Positions 8,712 through 16,639 of a DNA stretch of 64,000 nucleotides are shown one piece after another. The DNA lies in the NCBI GenBank assembly GCA_012744475.1, contig JAAYBV010000065.1, positions 46,187 through 110,186 of the forward strand, written 5' to 3'. The number at the start of each line of letters is the position of its first letter. Within the stretch, counting starts at the first letter, position 1. The notes beneath the pieces were generated by a model that worked only from the letters and a program-made list of their open reading frames with translations, made no database searches and was not told where the DNA came from. The DNA comes from Phycisphaerae bacterium. Lineage in GTDB: Bacteria; Planctomycetota; Phycisphaerae; Sedimentisphaerales; Anaerobacaceae. Both the position numbers and the translations under genes were made by a program.

Positions 8712-8873
8712 GTTCCGTCCTCCAACTCTCAAGCCCCGAAACGCAGCGCATACGAAACGCTTCTTCGTGTTATCGTGCATAAGAATACCGCATTCGTGCT
8801 ACCACCGGCAAGCCGAAAGTACCGATTCGGGAGATTTTTTCGGCCACCTGATCTTAACGTGGCGTTGAGGACA

Positions 8874-9611
8874 TCAAAGGCCGAGGAACTGGATGGCGAG
8901 GCCGCAGAGCAGAATGGTTGCCCCGGCCAGGGCATGGCTGTACCGCTGGATGGCCCTGAACGGAAGGGAGTTGAACCCGGCCCGCCCGAGCATCACGGCC
9001 GCCAGCATGGTCCCCAGGGTGGCGGTTCCAAAGACCGCCGTGACGACGATCAGGTCGAGCAGACCGCTGCTGGCCGCCGGATACATCAGCAACGGGATGA
9101 GAGGCTCGCATGGGCCGAAGACGAAGATCACGAACAGGACCCAGGGGGTAATGGTCTTGCCGCCGTCGAGGTCGTGGACGTGCGAATGCTCACCCAGATG
9201 CGCGTGTGAGTGCAAATGTGGCGGGACGGCGTCGGTCAGATGCGCGTGAGGCTCAGGGTGTGGATGCACATGCTGGTGCGGATGGTGGCGATACACCAGC
9301 CTGATTCCCCAGACGAGATAGGCCAGACCAAAGGCAATCAACAGCCAGGCCGCCACGTTCCCGCGGAGCGACTCGGCGCCCACCAGACCTTTGAGGGCCA
9401 GCCCGAACGCGACGCCGACGAACCCGAGGACGACAGAGCTGCCGATGTGACCGACGGCACAGATGGAGGTGATCAGCAAAGTCCTGGCGGCGGACCACTT
9501 GCGCGCCCATGCCATCATGATAAACGGAAGGTAGTGGTCCGGCCCCAGCAGCGTGTGCAAAAAGCCGATGGAGGCAGCCGTCACCACAAGGGTTCTGAGT
9601 TCCTGTGTCAA
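8874..9611 (-). CDS. His-rich nickel/cobalt transporter-like membrane protein (NiCoT/UreH/RcnA-like)
   Basis: SIGFLHTLLGPDH motif, His-rich loop HHPHQHVHPH...HLHSHAH, GPCEPLIP; TTG start. Confidence 0.8.
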   Translation of the reverse strand: MTQELRTLVVTAASIGFLHTLLGPDHYLPFIMMAWARKWSAARTLLITSICAVGHIGSSVVLGFVGVAFGLALKGLVGAESLRGNVAAWLLIAFGLAYLVWGIRLVYRHHPHQHVHPHPEPHAHLTDAVPPHLHSHAHLGEHSHVHDLDGGKTITPWVLFVIFVFGPCEPLIPLLMYPAASSGLLDLIVVTAVFGTATLGTMLAAVMLGRAGFNSLPFRAIQRYSHALAGATILLCGLAIQFLGL

Positions 9612-9675
9612 AGTAGTTGTTCCCGTCCTTCTGCGGGACCGAATGACCGATGGCTGAGGGCACCCGATTCAGCGG

Positions 9676-9704
9676 TTGACAACCGACCCTGCACGCCATA
9701 TTAA
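9676..9704 (+). promoter_or_regulatory. Sigma70-type promoter for the cupin gene
   Basis: TTGACA-N17-TATTAA. Confidence 0.6.
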
Positions 9705-9749
9705 CGTCGAGGAAAACCGGTTCAAGCAATTCTTTCATAAGGAGAGCTA

Positions 9750-10085
9750 ATGGCATCATCACAAAAAGCCCTCACTATCAACCTGGACAACAAACCCGAG
9801 TACCAGAGGCTGCTCGAAGGCGAGCCACAGACGTGCGGGATGCGATCGGGACGCGTCTACCTCGAAGCAGGGAAATCCTGCGGCCAGCACAGCACCAAGG
9901 ACCACGAGGAACTCCTGGTCTTCCTGGCGGGCCAGGGCGTGGTCCACATCGGCGGAGGCGAGGACCTCCGGGTAGGACTGGGAAAGGTCGCCTACATTCC
10001 CCCAAGGACCTTGCACGACGTCGAGAACACGGGTGCCAAGCCGCTCGCGTACATCTACTGCGTCGCCCCCGCACGCATCGAGTGA
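9750..10085 (+). CDS. Cupin domain protein
   Basis: HST..HEELLVFLAGQG and YIPPRTLHDVEN cupin motifs; AGGAG RBS. Confidence 0.88.
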   Translation: MASSQKALTINLDNKPEYQRLLEGEPQTCGMRSGRVYLEAGKSCGQHSTKDHEELLVFLAGQGVVHIGGGEDLRVGLGKVAYIPPRTLHDVENTGAKPLAYIYCVAPARIE

Positions 10086-10131
10086 TTCCGTGCCAAGCCG
10101 GCCCGACAAGGCGGATTCTCGGAATCGGCGC

Positions 10132-10159
10132 TTGCCAATTCGCGCCGGCGTGGTATAAT
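10132..10159 (+). promoter_or_regulatory. Sigma70-type promoter with extended -10
   Basis: TTGCCA-N16-TATAAT with TG at 10151-10152. Confidence 0.65.
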
Positions 10160-10164
10160 GGAGA

Positions 10165-10303
10165 ATGTAGGTATACGCTCTTTTCTTCTATATCTTGGTT
10201 TTGTTTCTGGGACGGCTGTATAGATCATACCTTTGCTCTATATTCGGTAATGCACAAGCCGTCTCCAAAGAGCCGAAGTCTCACCGCTTCGGTTCTTTTT
10301 TTT
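10165..10303 (+). ncRNA. Candidate small RNA of about 140 nt, unknown family
   Basis: Between a strong promoter and an intrinsic terminator; internal stem GACGGCT/AGCCGTC and TATAG/CTATA; no credible ORF in the transcript. Confidence 0.4.
10269..10303 (+). terminator. Intrinsic terminator
   Basis: AGAGCCGAAG-loop-CTTCGGTTCT followed by T8. Confidence 0.8.
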
Positions 10304-10589
10304 GGCCCGGCCCAGAGTGATTGCGCCGGCTGATCCCGAAAGAACCCCGAAGACCCGAGAAGCGGCTGCGTTGGACCTCAGCCCGGCAAATCGTCTCCCC
10401 CCAGAATAAAATCGCGACCGCGAGCGTCTGTTGTCTTGATCGCTATCCAGATTGACGGTTCGTTGCGTCCAGGGAAGACCGCGATGCGCCACACGACGAC
10501 AGGTCCGGTCCCACCAGAGGAGCTGTGCCGGCCGCAGTGCTGCAATTGGGGCCCGGGGCTTCCAATCGAAGAGGCGAATCTACGCTCGG

Positions 10590-10618
10590 TTGACCGGACG
10601 CCGACCGATGGGTATACT
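10590..10618 (+). promoter_or_regulatory. Sigma70-type promoter
   Basis: TTGACC-N17-TATACT upstream of ATG 10668. Confidence 0.6.
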
Positions 10619-10667
10619 GAAGCGGGTTGGCTGTAATACGGTTCCTTGCTCTGTTGGAGAAAAGCTC

Positions 10668-11651
10668 ATGGACCCTGAAAAAGACAGCCACGTGCAGCAA
10701 TTCAAATGGCACATCGTTGTCGTCGGCATCACCTTGGCCGCAGTCATCGCTCTGGCGCTGTTCACTCGGCTCTTCGAGAACACCGAGACGTTGCGCAATC
10801 TTGTGTTTCTGCTGGGCTCGCTGATCTTCCTCGGGGCGCTTCTGGCGATGCTGGCGCGCGTCTCCGGGATCGTCGAGACGCTTCGCGACAACAGCGCCAA
10901 GATGGCGGAAGCCGCCAAGGCTCTGGAGGACATCCGCAGCGATCTGATCCGGATCAATCACAGCACCCGCGTCAGCGACACGGTCAAAGCGATCGCGTTC
11001 CGCGAAGAAGACCGGCAGTCGTTGCGTGAAGCCGTCTTCGAAAAGCTCAAACAGCGGGACTTCGACGGCGCCTACGAGATCATCGACGAGATCGGCATCC
11101 ACTCGGGCTACCGGACGCTGGCGGTCGAGTTGCGTCAGCAGGTGGACGGCTACCGCAATGCCACCGAGGACGAGCGAATCGACCAGGCCATCGAGCACAT
11201 CAAGACGCATTTCCGCAACGCCCAGTGGGCCCGGGCCAGCATCCAGATCGAGGCGCTGATCAAAGAGTATCCTTCGTCGGAGAAGGCCAAGGCCATGCGC
11301 CAGCAGTTGCTCGACCACAAGGAGGAGCGGAAGCGGATTCTCATGGCCGCCTGGGACGACGCCGTCCAGCAAGGGGAAACAGACCGCAGTTTGGAGATCC
11401 TTCGCGAGCTGGACATGTACCTGACGCCGAACGAAGGACTGGCGTTGCAGGAGGCGGCCAAGGACGTCTTCAAGACCAAACTGCACAACTTGGGCGTGCA
11501 GTTCGCGATGGCGATTTCCAACAAGGAATGGGACGAGGCGCTGGAGGTCGGTCAGCAGATCATTCGCGACTTCCCGAACAGCCGCATGTCCACCGAGATC
11601 AAGGAGAAGCTCGACGTCCTTCGCCAGAACGTCGAGGTGCAGCACGCGTGA
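10668..11651 (+). CDS. Membrane-anchored helical (coiled-coil/TPR-like) hypothetical protein
   Basis: GGAGA RBS; two N-terminal TM segments then helical repeats (e.g. WDEALEVGQQIIRDFPNS). Confidence 0.75.
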   Translation: MDPEKDSHVQQFKWHIVVVGITLAAVIALALFTRLFENTETLRNLVFLLGSLIFLGALLAMLARVSGIVETLRDNSAKMAEAAKALEDIRSDLIRINHSTRVSDTVKAIAFREEDRQSLREAVFEKLKQRDFDGAYEIIDEIGIHSGYRTLAVELRQQVDGYRNATEDERIDQAIEHIKTHFRNAQWARASIQIEALIKEYPSSEKAKAMRQQLLDHKEERKRILMAAWDDAVQQGETDRSLEILRELDMYLTPNEGLALQEAAKDVFKTKLHNLGVQFAMAISNKEWDEALEVGQQIIRDFPNSRMSTEIKEKLDVLRQNVEVQHA

Positions 11652-11660
11652 AGGCCGCTC

Positions 11661-12206
11661 CTACTGGAAGTCGAAGAGTGACTGCGTTTTGATCATCGTC
11701 ACCTGATCGGGGTAGGCGGCGAACGTGTGAATGTGCAACTCGCTCCGCCGCGCCTCGAAATCCACGTAGCAGAACGGCTGCAATCCATCGAGCTCCAACT
11801 CCGGGAACTTGACGAAAACCCCGCGATTGCGGGCAAACCGCTCCAGATCGGTGTAGCTCTGCCGGTACAGATTGGGGCTCATCTTCTCGACCTGGAAATC
11901 GGTCATGTAGCTTACCCCGCGACTGAGCGTGCACTTGTGCGTGCGCGGGCCGCGGAACTGGAACCGCTCCACCAGACCCCGATGCGGAAGCAACTGCCCC
12001 GGCGTGCTGACCACCTCGCTGAGACAGACGTCGCCCGAAAAGACGCTCACCACGTGCGTACAGCCGGTCACCCAGATCTGGGCTTCGTATTTCTCCGTCT
12101 TGAGCTGCCGGCAGGCGTATAACTGAAAGAGTTCCGGGTGGAGAGGCCTCTGAAACAGGCTGAACGTCAGTTGGTCAACCGCAACGTTGGTTTGTGGCGA
12201 TTCCAT
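11661..12206 (-). CDS. DUF2617-like hypothetical protein
   Basis: LFQRPLHPELF and C-terminal HTFAAYPDQVTMIKTQSLF; start 12206 or 12233. Confidence 0.65.
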   Translation of the reverse strand: MESPQTNVAVDQLTFSLFQRPLHPELFQLYACRQLKTEKYEAQIWVTGCTHVVSVFSGDVCLSEVVSTPGQLLPHRGLVERFQFRGPRTHKCTLSRGVSYMTDFQVEKMSPNLYRQSYTDLERFARNRGVFVKFPELELDGLQPFCYVDFEARRSELHIHTFAAYPDQVTMIKTQSLFDFQ

Positions 12207-12411
12207 TACGAAAAACCCCAAAAACACGGCCATCTATTTCCGGGTATTATAACAGAATCGAAAAGGCCGTTCAAGCGCAATATCAGTACTGGCAGGCCGT
12301 TAGCGGCCCCTTATGGGACGATGATCTCGCAAGCCCATGGCAGAGCGAGACTAATAAACATAGTGATTTTTCCGGCCGCCGGTTCAAAAAAAAGCGGGAC
12401 TCCTCGGGGGG

Positions 12412-13326
12412 TCAACGGTCGAAGAAAAACGCGTTGATCAGTGTAGCGATGATATCGTAGAAAGCGTGTGTGCCGGCTGTGATCCCGAATCCTCGCAGGG
12501 CGAAAAGAGCGGCGAAGTAGACCCCTGCCATCGTCCGAAAACTGAATTCCGTCCAGTTGAACGCCGCACTGCGACCGAACTGCCCGTCCAGAAAGATGAT
12601 GTGGTGATGGGCGCTGAACAGGGCCGCGGAGATCAACACGCTGGAGACGATCGCGTTGGAATGACTCAGGCCGATCAGGTCCTGAAAAAACACCATCAGC
12701 AGGCAGATGAGAATCAGGCGAAAGACCAGCTCCTCGTAGATTCCCGCTCCGACGCCGGTGACGATGTTGGCCATCAGCGAGCGCGAGGCCGCCGCGGAAC
12801 CGGCCACCAGTCGCACGACCGGAGCAGCCGCGGCGCCGGCGGGTTCTTCCGCGACGCAAGCGGCCGCGACAGGCGCGTTGCTGTCCGGCCCCGGAGCCGG
12901 GGGCGCCGCCACAGGCCGATTGAAGAACAGGCTCAGGACAATCAGTGGAATCGCCAGCAGCACGCATTCGACAACCATCGGAATGTAATCGCCCGCGCGA
13001 AAGTACCAGGCCTTGCGCGACGCCAATTGTAGACCGATAAGAATGAGGATGACAACCAAGGGCGGGGCGATCCACGCGATCCGGCTGCTGGTGCCCAGAT
13101 ACTGAAGCAGTTGCTGGAGCCAGACGAAGGCCACCACGCGGACCTGGGAGCGGTTCAGCACGTCAGTGTTGATCAAGATCGTGCCAATCTCATAGAAGAC
13201 GATGAACGGCAACAGGAACACGATCGCGTACACCGGCCGGCTGGTGCGCTCCAGATAGGAGTTGCTCGCATAGTTGAGCAACTGACTCGTCGAGTAGTCC
13301 TGCTTGTTCTTTTTTCGGCCGGCCAT
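12412..13326 (-). CDS. CPBP family intramembrane glutamic endopeptidase (CAAX protease-like)
   Basis: GAGIYEELVFR, LFSAHH, GFGITAGTHAFYD motifs; multi-TM. Confidence 0.88.
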   Translation of the reverse strand: MAGRKKNKQDYSTSQLLNYASNSYLERTSRPVYAIVFLLPFIVFYEIGTILINTDVLNRSQVRVVAFVWLQQLLQYLGTSSRIAWIAPPLVVILILIGLQLASRKAWYFRAGDYIPMVVECVLLAIPLIVLSLFFNRPVAAPPAPGPDSNAPVAAACVAEEPAGAAAAPVVRLVAGSAAASRSLMANIVTGVGAGIYEELVFRLILICLLMVFFQDLIGLSHSNAIVSSVLISAALFSAHHHIIFLDGQFGRSAAFNWTEFSFRTMAGVYFAALFALRGFGITAGTHAFYDIIATLINAFFFDR

Positions 13327-13529
13327 CCGTGACACGCCGCATATCCGGTACTCTCTCGGCCTCCGGCCCGGCGTCCGATCGCGAGCCTCCGAGCGATGAG
13401 ATTTGGGCAGTGTACTCCAAGGCCGATCGGATTACAATAGCGTGGGCCGTCACTTTATATGACCTGACGCGCGGCGGTAGAAGACGATCGGACGAGATGC
13501 CATCATGGGCCAGTGGAGAACCTCACCGA

Positions 13530-14204
13530 ATGGCGACGACACGACAGCAGTTGATGGAAATCTACGAACACCTCTTCCGTGCGTTCGGGCCGCAGGACTG
13601 GTGGCCGGGCGAGACGCGCTTCGAGATCATCGTCGGCGCGATCTTGACGCAGAACACGAACTGGGCCAACGTCGCGAAGGCGATCGCCAATCTCAAAGGA
13701 GCCAAGTGCCTGGAGCCGGACACGCTGCACGCGATGGACACGGCCGAACTGGAGCGACTGATCCGTCCGGCCGGCTATTTCCGCCTCAAGGCCAAGCGAC
13801 TGCGCAACTTCACCCAATGGCTTCTCGACAACTACCAGGGAAGACTTGACGCCATCGACGCCATCGAGACGCGCCGGCTGCGAGAAGAACTGCTGGGCAT
13901 CTCGGGCATCGGCCCAGAGACCGCCGACTCGGTACTGCTGTACGCACTGGACCGGCCGGTCTTCGTGGTGGACACATACACCGCTCGCGTCGCCGTCCGC
14001 CACGGCCTCATCGAGCCGGACATCGACTACACCCAGTTGCAGTACCTCTTCGAATCCAACCTCGAGCCGGATGTGCGACTGTTCAACGAGTTCCACGCCC
14101 TGGTCGTCCGCGTCGGCAAGGACTTCTGCAAGCCCACGCCCCGGTGCGAAGCCTGCCCTCTCAACGACTTGCCCCACACCGTCGAGAACTCGTGCGATCC
14201 ATAG
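13530..14204 (+). CDS. Endonuclease III-domain (HhH-GPD) DNA glycosylase-like protein
   Basis: WWPGET, AILTQNT, LLGISGIGPETAD HhH, FVVDTY, C-terminal Cys cluster. Confidence 0.88.
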   Translation: MATTRQQLMEIYEHLFRAFGPQDWWPGETRFEIIVGAILTQNTNWANVAKAIANLKGAKCLEPDTLHAMDTAELERLIRPAGYFRLKAKRLRNFTQWLLDNYQGRLDAIDAIETRRLREELLGISGIGPETADSVLLYALDRPVFVVDTYTARVAVRHGLIEPDIDYTQLQYLFESNLEPDVRLFNEFHALVVRVGKDFCKPTPRCEACPLNDLPHTVENSCDP

Positions 14205-14331
14205 GTCACACAGGGCCCGTGCCGAACGTCTACGAGGCTCGGCGTTCTTTTCTTGAACGGAGGGACCGTCGGTGCTATAGTCGCATCCGTTCGTTGACAC
14301 CAGAGACCCAATCGTTCTGTTGTTCGGAGGC

Positions 14332-15771
14332 ATGGCCATGTGTGAACACTGCACGCGACGGGAGTTCTTGGGAACGGGAGTGGCGGGTGGATTATTGCTG
14401 GCCGGCGCGACATGGACGCACGCCTGGGCTTCGCAGGCGTCGGCGCCGCAGCCGCGAGGCAAGTCGCGAATCTGCGTGGTCTTCAGCGGCGAACCGGCGC
14501 CGGGGGACCGCGACTGGGGGGCCGACAACAGGCAGGTGGAGGCGGCCAAGGCCCGCCTGGCCAAGGCCGAGAAGGATCTGGGCAACGTCGAGCTGGTCAT
14601 CGGCGAGTCCAGGAGCGCCGAGCAGACGGCCGCCCTGCTGGCAAAGGCGGGTCCCGGCGTTCCCGTCCTGGCGATCAACACACGGAACTTCGCCCTGACC
14701 GCCGTCGTGAAACCGATTCTGGACGGGGCGCATCCGATGCTCGTCTTCTCGCTGCCCGCCAGCGGCCACGACTGGATGTATGCTCCGCGCTGGCACCGCC
14801 AGGGCCATCGCGTCAGCCTACTGGCCAGCAGCGACTACGATGAACTCGAACGGGCCCTGCGGCTGCTGCGAATCGTGCCCATGATGAAGCAGACCCGCAT
14901 CCTGCTCTTCCCGCCCGCTCGCGGCACCGCGGCCGCGCAGTCTCCCGACGAGGTCAAGAAGCGGCTGGGCGCCGACGTGGTCGCGGTGGAAGAGAAGCTC
15001 TTCGACGAGATGACGGCTTCCGTGGACGACCGCGCCGCCAAAGAGGAGGCCCGCTGGTGGACGCAGAACGCCAAGGAGATCGTCGAACCCAACGAGGAGG
15101 ATATCCTCAAGGCCGCCCGCATCAGCATCGCCCTCCAGAACCTCATGGAGCAGCAACGGGCCCAGGGGCTGGCCGTCGGCACCTGCATGGGCTGGCTGGC
15201 CAAGGGGTTCCCCTGCCTGGGCTTCGCCCGTCTGCGCGACAAGGGGATTCCCGCCGCATGTGAGGGCGACATGGACTCGGTGCTGACGATGATCCTGTTC
15301 CAGTACATGATCGGCAAGCCGGGCTTCCAGGGCAACGCGACGTTCGACACCGCCCGCAACGCGCTGTGGACTGCGCATTGCACCGCGCCGCTGAAGATGG
15401 ACGGACCCGACGGCAAGAATGCTCCGTACCTGCTGCGTGGCCATTCCGAGGTCGCCGGCAGCGGCTGCGTCCCCGAGGTGCAGTACCGCCTGGGCGAGAC
15501 CATTACCCGCACGAAACTGGTCAATCTGGACACGCTGCTGATCTCGACGGGCAAGATCATCGAGGTCCCCAAGCGCGCGGTTCACGGCTGCCGCACACAG
15601 ATCGTCACCGAAGTGCGCGACGCTGGGAAGATGGCCGCCAACTGGAGCAGCGTTCTGGAGACCGAGGACGCCATGACACTGCTGCACCGCGTGGTGTTCT
15701 ACGGCGACCACATGACCGACGCCCGCCACCTCGCGCCGCTGATGGGCATGAAAATCGTCGAAGAAGGCTGA
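14332..15771 (+). CDS. Tat-signal protein of the L-fucose/L-arabinose isomerase-like family
   Basis: TRREFLG twin-arginine signal; PAACEGD, TAHC and LHRVVFYG motifs. Confidence 0.7.
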   Translation: MAMCEHCTRREFLGTGVAGGLLLAGATWTHAWASQASAPQPRGKSRICVVFSGEPAPGDRDWGADNRQVEAAKARLAKAEKDLGNVELVIGESRSAEQTAALLAKAGPGVPVLAINTRNFALTAVVKPILDGAHPMLVFSLPASGHDWMYAPRWHRQGHRVSLLASSDYDELERALRLLRIVPMMKQTRILLFPPARGTAAAQSPDEVKKRLGADVVAVEEKLFDEMTASVDDRAAKEEARWWTQNAKEIVEPNEEDILKAARISIALQNLMEQQRAQGLAVGTCMGWLAKGFPCLGFARLRDKGIPAACEGDMDSVLTMILFQYMIGKPGFQGNATFDTARNALWTAHCTAPLKMDGPDGKNAPYLLRGHSEVAGSGCVPEVQYRLGETITRTKLVNLDTLLISTGKIIEVPKRAVHGCRTQIVTEVRDAGKMAANWSSVLETEDAMTLLHRVVFYGDHMTDARHLAPLMGMKIVEEG

Positions 15772-15774
15772 CAA

Positions 15775-15800
15775 GTTCGTAGTGACGCCGTCAGGCGTTG
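15775..15800 (+). repeat. GTAG-type REP-like hairpin, left copy
   Basis: GTTCGTAGTG then GACGCC-GTCA-GGCGTT hairpin. Confidence 0.6.
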
Positions 15801-15887
15801 CGTTCTCCATGAGAGATGTGTGCCCTCACGGACACATCGCCAATGGGGGTGTGCCAGCAGGGATTGGACATATGATGGAGTTTTGCC

Positions 15888-16265
15888 TCAGTTCTCGCGA
15901 CGGCGGATAGGCAGTAGCCTCACCCTCTCCGTGGATGGGTCGAGACAGATCAAGGCGCCCGCCTCCAGATGCCTGCGACACCGGTGCAGCAGCGCGATCA
16001 TGGTCTCGCCCAGCGACGCAGGGTCGACGTCCTGCATGCGAACCTGAATGACGCTGGGAGTCTCTGCGCCAGTGGCCGCCAGCATCGCTCCAAAATCCAG
16101 ATCGTGAGTGAAGACCACGTAGCCGTGGGCTCTCGCATAGTCCATGACGGTTGCGTCGGTGGCGCACGGGTCGCCTACGCGAGACCAGTCGACTGACTCG
16201 AACCCGGCTTCGGACAGCAAACCGGCCCAGTCGGGCGAGAGGTTCATGTCGATCAAAAGCTTCAT
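15888..16265 (-). CDS. DUF5615 family PIN-like toxin
   Basis: MKLLIDMNLSP, VVFTHDLDFG motifs; coupled to a DUF433 gene. Confidence 0.85.
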   Translation of the reverse strand: MKLLIDMNLSPDWAGLLSEAGFESVDWSRVGDPCATDATVMDYARAHGYVVFTHDLDFGAMLAATGAETPSVIQVRMQDVDPASLGETMIALLHRCRRHLEAGALICLDPSTERVRLLPIRRREN

Positions 16266-16498
16266 GCGGGCAGTGATCCAAGAGGAAGATCGACCTCTTC
16301 GACCCGCCAGGCCGCATAGGCCAGCGATTCATCGATGTCCTGTGGTTCGAGGTAGGGATACATCTCGACGATGCGCTCCCGCGAGTGGCCGGACGCAAGC
16401 ATCCCGAGGATCATGCCCACGGTTACGCGCATCCCGCGAATGCAAGGCTTGCCGCCCATAACGTTTGGATCGAATGTGATTCGGGTCAGCTTCATCAT
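16262..16498 (-). CDS. DUF433 family antitoxin
   Basis: RITFDPNVMGGKPCIRGMRVTV, YPYLEPQDIDESLAYAA. Confidence 0.9.
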   Translation of the reverse strand: MMKLTRITFDPNVMGGKPCIRGMRVTVGMILGMLASGHSRERIVEMYPYLEPQDIDESLAYAAWRVEEVDLPLGSLPA

Positions 16499-16505
16499 GC
16501 AGCCT

Positions 16506-16534
16506 ATTGTATCCGATTACCCCGCTGACAGCAA
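16506..16534 (-). promoter_or_regulatory. Sigma70-type promoter of the TA operon (probably leaderless transcript)
   Basis: Minus strand TTGCTG-N17-TACAAT, ATG 7 nt downstream, no SD. Confidence 0.55.
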
Positions 16535-16546
16535 GCCAACTTGCTC

Positions 16547-16571
16547 GTTCGTAGTGGCGTCGTGAGACGCT
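16547..16571 (+). repeat. GTAG-type REP-like hairpin, right copy
   Basis: GTTCGTAGTG then GGCGTC-GTGA-GACGCT hairpin; same orientation as 15775 copy. Confidence 0.6.
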
Positions 16572-16639
16572 ATGTGCAGGTTCGCAGTGCCTCGTCCAGA
16601 CGTATGTATGCCCTTACGGGCACACTACAAGCGCGTTCC

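Noticed and set aside
8712-8873. Cobalamin or NiCo riboswitch ahead of the metal genes (also checked 9612-9749)
   Set aside because: No B12-box or NiCo junction motifs recognised and the gaps are short
10158-10223. 21 aa hydrophobic ORF MENVGIRSFLLYLGFVSGTAV (type I toxin-like)
   Set aside because: Its ATG overlaps the -10 box and has no RBS, so it would not be on the predicted transcript; revisit only if an upstream TSS is found
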